Assembly: GCF_000400465.1 (NCBI RefSeq)
Contig: NW_008806281.1
Span: 180,001-212,000 of the forward strand
Source: Wallemia ichthyophaga EXF-994
Lineage: Eukaryota; Fungi; Basidiomycota
Length of the DNA: 32,000 nucleotides
Direction of reading: 5' to 3'
The notes beneath the pieces were generated by a model. It had not been told where the DNA came from. It saw nothing but the letters and a program-made list of their open reading frames with translations, and did no database searches. The position numbers and the translations under genes were made by a program. Each line of letters opens with the position of its first letter. Position 1 is the stretch's first letter. Positions 12,018 to 20,341 of the stretch are shown one piece after another.

Positions 12018-13485
12018 TCATTGCTCGTTGATGATGATACTAGCTTTGCCCATTCCCGTGCCCTGAAATGCGATTAAATTGTTTCAGGTGAGAAGACATC
12101 CAACCTACAATGCACATAGAGGTACATAAAACCTTAGCACCAATTCTCTTAGCTTCTGATAAGATGGTTGCAATCTGACGAGCACCAGTGCATCCAAGAG
12201 GATGACCGAGGGCACTGCAAGTACGTTAGTATAACTAATTCGCGACATAGGCTAACGTACATGGCACCGCCGTTTGGATTGACTTTGACAGGATCTAATC
12301 CAAGTTTCTGAACGCAGTAGAGTGCTTGCGATGCAAATGCCTCGTTGATCTAGACATATCGTTAGAGTATTAAATTCACAACACCCACTCACCTCGTAGA
12401 TATCGACATCAGAGCTAGACAAACCAGCCTTTTGAAGAACCTTTGGAATAGCAACAGCTGGACCAATACCCATAATACGTGGTGGACAACCAACGTCAGC
12501 CGAAGCGACGAATTTGCCAAGAATAGGTAATTTAAGCTTCTCTGCGTTACTGCGCCTTGTGAGAACGACGGCAGCTGCACCATCTGAGACTTGAGATGCG
12601 TTGCCTGCGTGCGTACAACCATTCTGATCGAATGCTGGCTTCAGCTTGGCAAGAGTTTCCTTGGTGACGCCATCTCTGATACCATCGTCCTTGTCGATAA
12701 GTTTATGGGTACCATCTTCACTGTTGACCATGATAGGGGCGATTTCGTTAGTGAACTTGCCTGCCTTTTGAGCGGCTGCAGCTTTCTGCTGAGACTGTGC
12801 AGCGAATTCATCTTGAGCTGCGCGAGAAATACCGAAATCTTTAGCGACATTCTCAGAAGTGATACCCATTCTAAAATATTGTTAGGAGGGTTTAGAGTGT
12901 TGAAGAAAGACCCACGGAATTAGGCAATCGGCTGACTCTTGATTAGAGAGAACATCTTGGTCGAGGTTAGGTGGCATAGCGCCAGCGCCGTAGTGAGCAG
13001 TCATAGACTCAACGCCTGCACCAATACCAACGTCGATCTGGCCAGAAGCGATTTCGAGTGCGATCTGAGACACTGCTTGTAAACCAGACGAGCACTGGCG
13101 ATTAACGGTATTAATAGCTGCCGAGTGGGGAATACCAGCGTAGAGTTGGGCCATACGTGCAAGGCTGGCACCTCCACCTGGTGGCAAAACATTTCCAACG
13201 GCGATATCCTAATAAGCGAGTTAACCGGGTGAGTGATATCAGCAGTGCATACACACTTCGATAAGCTTTGGATCTAATTTGCCACGCTGGATGGATTCTT
13301 TAAAAGCGTGGGCCAGCAGTTTCTCTGGGAGAGTACCGGCTAAACCACCCTTTCTAGCCTGTGTGACGGGTGAGATATAAGTTTGGGATATGAGGAGATG
13401 GACGCACCCGAGTAATTGGTGTCCTTACAGCAGATACAATTACTACGTCATTTGCGTTCTTTGAGATTATATTTTGCTTTGCCAT
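12018..13485 (-). CDS. POT1: 3-ketoacyl-CoA thiolase (beta-oxidation type, Pot1-like), about 396 aa, 7 exons
   Basis: Exons 13485-13408, 13358-13257, 13208-12916, 12870-12393, 12349-12261, 12214-12109, 12062-12018; introns of 43-49 nt; 1191 nt in frame. Catalytic motifs [44 protein letters not shown]. Confidence 0.92.
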
Positions 13486-13542
13486 CGTCGTTGTGGTTAA
13501 AGAGATGTTGGTCACGTACACCCAAGTCTGATCAATTGACTA
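13486..13542. promoter_or_regulatory. 57-bp gap between the divergent start codons of thiolase and CAT; candidate bidirectional promoter core
   Basis: ATG on - at 13485 and ATG on + at 13543. Contains TCACGT (13512-13517) and the palindrome TCAATTGA (13532-13539). Function is inferred from geometry only. Confidence 0.5.
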
Positions 13543-15694
13543 ATGAGATTTCATTCACGGCTTATGAATTTGAAGCCATCTCTTATCAATAAACCCGCTG
13601 ACGGTGTTAGGCCTGCAATTTGGAAGTCACTCGCACCGTACATCTCCAACCACCATCTTAAATTACCTGCGTTGCCAGTCCCATCTCTGGAAAACACTGC
13701 AGATCAAGTCTTAAATTCTATCAAGCCATTGACTAATGACGTCAACCAATTTACGCATCTTGAGGGGAAATTGCACAGATTTCTAGCCAACGAAGGCCCA
13801 GCACTCCAGCAGAGACTTATTTCACGCAGTCAAGATCCAGAGCACGTCAATTGGCTTGAGATGTATTGGGACGACGCAGCATACATGTCCTATCGCGATT
13901 CTGTCGTCGTCAACGTTTCTTACTTTTATGGTTTCGCACCACCAAAGCAAAAGCTGGATTTACCTCAGTATGCTGCTAGAGTTGCTCACCACGCTCTTCA
14001 ATTTAGAAAGTTGCTCTATGACGGCCAAATCGAACCTGATGCGATCGGTAGAGACAATTCACCAATTTGCATGAACTCGTACAGGTTCCTCTTTGACGCC
14101 TGCCGCATACCAGCCAAGCCAGCTGATTACGTCAGTGTGCAAAGACAAGGTATCGGCCATGTCGCAGTCGTTTACCGTGGTAATTGGTGGAGCATCCCGT
14201 CAACCACGGGCGACGGTACACCTCTCTCGATTTCAGAGCTTGAGCAAAATATAGAATACATCCTTGATCAGCAAGCCGAAGAGGGGTACGTTGGTCTTCT
14301 TACGACACGCAACAGAGATAAGTGGGCAGATGTGAGTGATCTTGGTCAGGAATACTTTTGCTCACGCTATCTAGGATCGATCTGCTCTGTTGCAAATTGA
14401 CAAAAAGAATGAAGAGTCTTTAGCTGCAATCGAATCAGCTGCCGTTGTTATCACATTAGACGGTAACCAAGCAATCAACTCGCCAGTCGATAAGTCTAGA
14501 CACCTCTGGCATGCAGGTGAAACAGGGAGATTCTCTAACAACCGCTTTGTCGACAAGCCCCTCCAATTCATCTGCTGGCAGGACGAGTCTTCTGAGACAG
14601 CTAGTGGTGGTTTTATGGGTGAGCATTCCTGTGCTGACGGGACGCAACCTCAAAGAGTCTGTGATTACGTTATGGAGAGCATTCAAAAGGCTTCACTGCC
14701 CTCAAATGAGCTGCTCGATCAAGATACTGTTAATGCAGAGAGAAGAGATACCCAAACACCAATCCCCCTCCCGTTCAACCTCGACGGTCTTCAAGGGTCA
14801 ATAAATGATGCCTGGAATGAGATCAAGGAGCTGGCAAATAGCCAAGTTCTTGGATATATCTTAACTAATTATGGCAAAGGAGCGATCAAGAAAGCAGGTT
14901 TTTCACCAGATGCGTGGACGCAGATGGTCATACAGCTCGCTTACTCTCGTTTGGCAGCTAGAGAAGGTGAAGAAGCATTCCCAGCTCCTACATATGAAGC
15001 AGCAATGACACGTTCATTCGCTAATGGCCGTACTGAATGTATTCGCTCAGCCACCACTGACAGCGCGACATTTACTAATGCTATGAACGATCCTTCTAAA
15101 ACCGCTGATGAACGTATAAACGCCTTGGAAGTCGCTGTAAAAACACACTTGAAAAATGCGAAGCAGGCCGGTTTAGCTCAAGGTTGCGATAGACATCTGT
15201 TTGGTAGGCAATTCAATCAGCTTTTAGCACGTACTTTGCTAATAGGTTCTTAAAAGGTCTGAAGAAATCACTGCTTCCTACTGAACCTGTGCCTGAGATT
15301 TTCAATGACGGGCTCCTCTCAAAATCAGGCACTTGGACACTGTGAGTGTAGAGAGCTGTGATTTAACTACACTTAACGACACTTCAGCTCAACCTCACAG
15401 ATATCATCAAAATACTTTGACACATATGGATGGGGCGAAGTGGTGCCAAGCGGGTGAGAGGTTTAGCAGTACCATTTGAAATATTCTAACCTTAATTCTA
15501 GTTTTGGAGTCGCCTACGCTATCTTCGAGGATTATCTTCAATTCACAGTAACAAGTCATAGCGCTTATGGCACAGCTTCAGAGAAGAATGACATGGGCAA
15601 AGAACGTAACGAAGCATTTTTGAAGGATTTGACCACAGCTGCGAACGACATGTTGTCGCTTTTTGGGTCTTCTGAACGTCAATCTAAACTTTAA
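13543..15694 (+). CDS. CAT2: Carnitine O-acetyltransferase with C-terminal PTS1 (SKL), about 653 aa, 5 exons
   Basis: Exons 13543-14331, 14375-15203, 15257-15341, 15388-15453, 15502-15694; introns of 43, 53, 46 and 48 nt; 1962 nt in frame. Motifs LPALPVPSLE, NWLEMYWDDAAY, catalytic GEHSCADG, YEAAMTRSF..GRTE, G.GCDRHLFGL, WTLSTS. Ends ...RQSKL*. Confidence 0.94.
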
Positions 15695-16342
15695 GTCTAG
15701 TTGAGGGACCGCTGTGTCAGATATTTGCATAACGTTTACGATTTAATTAAACTCCATATAAATAATGAATACCTTTGATAAAACCAGCTGGGATTTGGTT
15801 ATCGAAAACCTGAAAATGGTCTCACTTCTGCTGATATGTGGTTAAGATAAATCTAACTTGGTAGCAAAATAAATTCAACGCAACATTCCAATTGCTTTCA
15901 TCGTACAGTACTCTACAAGATAACCTCGTTGAAGTGGAGGTTGCAAAAAGTTCTATGGATTGGCGCACATTGATAACAACAGGATTTCGTTTCATGTTAT
16001 ATTAAGCATGCTGAAAAAATTTTGATAAAAAACCAATACATGAACGCATTTAGTACCAACTGATATCAATATTGCGCGATAATCTTATAAATGAACTGCG
16101 ACTAGCATCACCGATTGCAAATCAGTCTCAAATTTGCGTTGAAATGCACATATTAAAGAATGTGTACTCGAATTTTAGGTCCTTTTATAACGTAATAAAG
16201 TAAAACCCTTATCCCCTTGACATCAAGACACAAATTGTCAGATAGTAAACCAAGACTTAGACCAGCCACAAGATACGATGAAGATCATGTCGCGTCGATC
16301 CACCCTACCTCCACATCCATATTCAAAAGGAAAAGAGCTAAA

Positions 16343-17003
16343 AAACCAGCTGATGGTGTTAGGCCTGCTTTGTGGAAGTCACTCACGCCGTACATCTCAA
16401 ACCATGATTTGAAGCTGCCTGCGTTACCAGTGCCATCTTTGGAGAATATAGTCGTGCAGTTGTTGACATTTGTCAAACCATTGACGAATGACGTCACCCA
16501 AGTCAGAGATCTCGAAGGCAAACTGAAGAAATTTCTAACAAAAGAGGACCTCAAGCTCCAGAAGAGGATAATTTCACACAGTCAAAATCCAGAGCACGTC
16601 AATTGGCTCGAGCAGTATTGGGACGACGCAACCTACATGTCTTATCGTGATTCTGCCGTTGTGAATGTATCTTATTATGCTGGATAGAAATCAATGAATC
16701 ACAATTGTAACTTAATTTAATATGCAGCTCGAATGGCTCACTTTGTTCTTCAATTCCGAAAGATGCTCTACGACGGCAATATCGGACCTGATACACGGCT
16801 GCAACAAAACGCCAATGTGCATGAACGCATACAGATTCATCTTTGATGCCTGCCGCATACCAGCCAAGCCAGCTGATTACGTCAGTGTGCAAAGACAAGA
16901 TATCGGTCACGTCGCAGTCGTTTACCGTGGTAATTGGTGGAGCATCCCGTCAACCACGGGCGACGGTACACCTCTCTCGATTTCAGAGCTTGAGCAAAAT
17001 ATA
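16343..17003 (+). pseudogene. Partial tandem copy of the CAT gene 5' part (pseudogene fragment)
   Basis: Collinear with 13591-14253 at offset 2752, then 2750. In-frame stops TAG 16685-16687 and TAA 16718-16720, a 2-nt deletion near 16793-16797, no in-frame ATG upstream of the homology, and an abrupt end at 17003. Confidence 0.85.
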
Positions 17004-17159
17004 ATGATGATGAAATCTGATTATATTGTTAAGACGATACATGTTATAAACCGCGTCCATCAATACTTCTTAAAGCATGAGGAGTCAAAGGGGATGCGGA
17101 ATTTACTGGAAGCGTTTCTTTACTAGCGTCGTAATTTGTAAATTGTTGGTGGTTCTCAA

Positions 17160-17826
17160 TTACATTGAACCATCGGAGTATCTTTGGTACGTAGTCAATT
17201 GCGGTTTGAAGAACTCGTAAAGGGCTTGTAAAGAGTGTGTGTTTCTGAGTATTGGACCTAATTCGAACCGAATATTGATCTTGGTAATCTTCCTTCTTAA
17301 TGTGATTCTGGCCATTATGTGTCTTTTGAGTATGAAGATTCTATGCGAGATGGTGTCCTCTGTGCCATACGCACTGTATTTAGGTGAATCAATCAGTCGG
17401 AACCGGTAACGGTAAGACTTAGTCGTAGGGTAATGCCCTGACCGTAGCTGGGTGGCTAGGCATCTCGTTGAGTACCTTGGCCGTTTTTGCTGCTGTAAAT
17501 CTTCCAGTTGATGTTTTTGCGGCGTTGGACTTAAAAGATAGAAATCATAATACATAGTCAAAAGCGTTACAACTATAAATAATCTTCGCTTACCTATACT
17601 TCTTGTACATAGAAAGCTGACGATAATAGTAACTCAAAGGGATGCGGTTCTTGATACGTGTGCCGTAAATTGGGAGGTAACTACGTGGAGCTACCGGAAG
17701 CGCGCGTGTGGGTCCTGAGCTGGTTTTTGAAGAGCTCGTAGAGAGCGCGTTGGACTTAATGTCTAATATTTTGGAGGCTTCTACTTTTAGGGATGCTGTA
17801 TAGTGCTCACATATTCTGCGTCGCAT
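17160..17826 (-). CDS. Putative orphan basic protein, about 200 aa, 2 exons
   Basis: ORFs 17826-17590 and 17561-17160 join in frame through a 64-nt intron 17593-17530 (GTAAGC donor, TTGAC branch, AAG acceptor; phase 2 gives ...KKYSPTPQK...). 603 nt total. No recognisable family. Confidence 0.45.
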
Positions 17827-17940
17827 TGCTGAGTGTAAGGGTACTCCACATAGTCCGAAAAAATTTCCCGAAAAGGATTTGAAGTAGTCAATGTCTAATA
17901 TTTACGATGTTGTTGCTACTTGAACGGTTCACACCATCAA

Positions 17941-18013
17941 GCCTTGCTAGCTCAATCGGTAGAGCGTGTGACTCTTAATCACAAGGCTGCGGGTTCGAGC
18001 CCCGCGTGGGGCT
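17941..18013 (+). tRNA. tRNA-Lys, anticodon CTT, intronless, 73 nt
   Basis: Cloverleaf checked by hand: D stem GCTC/GAGC, anticodon stem TGTGA/TCACA with loop CTCTTAA, T stem GCGGG/CCCGC with TTCGAGC, discriminator T, internal A and B boxes. Confidence 0.96.
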
Positions 18014-18017
18014 AATA

Positions 18018-18039
18018 TTTTTGCATCGCTGTTTTTTTT
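18018..18039 (+). terminator. RNA polymerase III oligo-dT terminators of the tRNA
   Basis: T5 at 18018-18022, four nt after the tRNA, and T8 at 18032-18039. Confidence 0.75.
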
Positions 18040-18408
18040 CCAGAATTTAGCATGGTGAACCATTTTGTGCAGGGATATGAGAATAGGAGGATTTTTTTTT
18101 TTGCATCGACGTAGTCGCAGAAGCATTGCAATAGAAAAGGATTAATTGATGGAATGTAAGATATCTTATTTCCAAAATTCTCGCTAATGTATTTTTGGTA
18201 ACTGGTCTGCCGTGAACGTTTGTTTGGATAGGTGATAGTAGAGAGCTTTCAGTGTATCTTGCAGGTGGAGGATAGATCTTACGTTGTGGAAAAGAAATCA
18301 TCTAAAGCTTAACACTCACATGTAAAAATCTCAACAGAACCACACACACACACTTCTATAAATACAATAAAGTATGAATGAGTACAAAACCAATCACTTA
18401 AGTTAAAC

Positions 18409-19727
18409 TTAAGCGAGACGGCCAGAGGTAGAACCGTAGAAGGCAGCCTTTTCAGCTGAAGTTTGGAATTTACCGTGACCAATCTTGGATGATGTATCGA
18501 TGAACTTGAGGTTGACCTTTTCGAGGTGTGCTCTTGAGGTGTGCACTTGGTGGGACTTTCTCAAAGTGATAGCTCTCTTCTTTGGACCAACGATACAACC
18601 CTTGAGCATGATGAAGTCGTTTTGAACAACACCGTAGTGAGGGAAACCACCCATTGGAGTGATTTGCTTGTCAGTTGGGTCAAAGTCGGTAGAAGCGTTC
18701 TTGTTGTCTTCACCGTTTGCGATTCTGTACACCTTCTTGTTGAGTTCGGTACGGTGGTGGAAACCATCCTGACCAGAACGCGCAACAGTGAACATGACGT
18801 TGGATGGGTGCCAAGCACCAATACAAGCAACCTTTCTAAGACCCTTGTGAGTCTTTCTTGGGAGACGAGTGACGTTCCATCTCTTGGTGACACCCTCGTA
18901 ACCTCTACCCTTGGTGATACCGATGGCATCGATGACCTCGTCTTGTTCGAAGACAGATGAGGCGTTGAAGGTCTTCTCGAAGTGAGACTTGGCGAAGTCA
19001 ACCTTGTCAGCGACTGAGCCACCGTTCACTTGAATCTCCATGAGGTGGGCCTTCTTTTGCTGGAGAGAAGTCTTTGAGACTTGGGTGTGAGCCAAGACAC
19101 GAACGACTTGACAGTACTTCTTGATACGCTCGATTTCACGAGAGATGGAAGCACCAGAGTTCTCAGAGTGCTTCTTAGCGTACTTGGTGAAAGCCTTCTT
19201 CTTTGAGCGGTACCAGTTCTTGTAGAAGCGACGCTTGAGTTCGTCACTAAGGTGCTCAGCCCAAACGGTGGTGAGTGAGCGGAGACCTCTTGGAGTCTCG
19301 ACGTAACCGACAACACCGACGACAGCCATTGGAGGAGTTTCGACGATGGTGACTGGCTCAACGACTTCACGCTTGTGCATCTTTGAGCCTAAGAGGGTGT
19401 AAGAGGAGGATGAAAAATTTCTAAAAACACGAACCTGGTCTGTCGAGGTCTCTGACGACGTGGGTCATACCAGCCTTGTAACCCATCAAACCAGTGAGGT
19501 GGACTGGCTTCTTAGCGTCATCCTTAGGGAAAGACTTGCACTTTCCTCTAGCACTGGGTGGGTGTTAGGCTGTGAAGCGGGAAGACAGCCAAATAACTTA
19601 CCCGACGTTAGTGCAGCGCTTCTTTGGCAAGAATCCTAAAGAACCGTGTCTTGGGGCCTAAATTTGATTAGAGTTCGTCTTGGTTGGTGTACGTGTGGCT
19701 ACTCACTTCGTACTTTCTGTGAGACAT
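18409..19727 (-). CDS. RPL3: 60S ribosomal protein L3 (uL3), about 389-391 aa, 4 coding exons
   Basis: Exons 19727-19707, 19657-19602, 19553 (or 19547)-19435, 19388-18409. Reads [18 protein letters not shown]...GYKAGMTH...[21 protein letters not shown]...[16 protein letters not shown]. Strong codon bias of a highly expressed gene. Confidence 0.98.
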
Positions 19728-19825
19728 CTGAGAAGACGTTAGAATGATGCAAATGAGAGGGAATAAGTCCCAATATGAGAAGGAGTGTACTGCATAATAT
19801 CCACCAGCATTTCAACCTTCCTTAC
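19728..19825 (-). other. Predicted 5'-UTR (leader) intron of RPL3, 98 nt, acceptor directly abutting the ATG
   Basis: On the - strand: GTAAGG donor at 19825, CTAAC branch and a pyrimidine-rich tract ending CAG|ATG at 19728. A weaker alternative donor GTACAC would give 63 nt. Confidence 0.6.
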
Positions 19826-20341
19826 GCTCACGCTTTAAACTAAGCTAAATCTGATTCCGCAGATAAAACGCAGCAACTCTTATTCAAATACTGGGACTTG
19901 TCTAAACCTACCCTCAAGTGGCCGTTGTTCGAGCTAAAGAGCAATTTCTGATTGATTCTCGAGCGATGCGTCAAATTTACATTTTCAATCAAAAATCCAA
20001 AATTCTGAATAATGGGTTAAATTAAATTTAAAATCCATTATTCTCATCTGAAATACTATTCTTTCTAAATTACTGATTATTTACACTTTCAACTGACGTG
20101 AAGATTTTCAATCGATAATGCAAAGAGATAAATGGGTTGGATGTATTCAAATGAGCTATATGTACTATAATATATATAAATTACTATCGAATTGCACCGA
20201 ATTGAGTTAATTGATCGTATGTCATAGGGACTCAAACTGCTGAGCGATTACGCTCTATACCTCTGTACAATATTGGTAATACACATCAGCCGAAGCCTTG
20301 AGCCTTCCGTCACCATCTCTTACCTCAACAACCAACAGCCA

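Noticed and set aside
13180-13189. Exact PACE-like GGTGGCAAA
   Set aside because: It lies in thiolase coding sequence (the Leu-Pro-Pro codons on the - strand), not in a proteasome-gene promoter.
15780-15790. 11-mer AAAACCAGCTG also found at the left edge of the CAT copy (16342-16352)
   Set aside because: A single short AT-rich match with no second junction or target-site duplication; chance is plausible.
18541-19370. Long alternative-frame and antisense ORFs over RPL3 (18541-18960, 18561-19022, 19026-19370)
   Set aside because: Shadows of strong codon bias in a highly expressed gene; no independent protein signal or splice logic.
19744-19854. C/D-box snoRNA-like ATGATG...CTGA on the + strand upstream of RPL3
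   Set aside because: Imperfect C box, only a 2-3 bp terminal stem, no evident rRNA guide, and antisense to the RPL3 leader intron.
19906-19914. ACCTACCCT, similar to the Homol-E ribosomal-protein promoter element
   Set aside because: One imperfect copy with no Homol-D partner; too weak to call.
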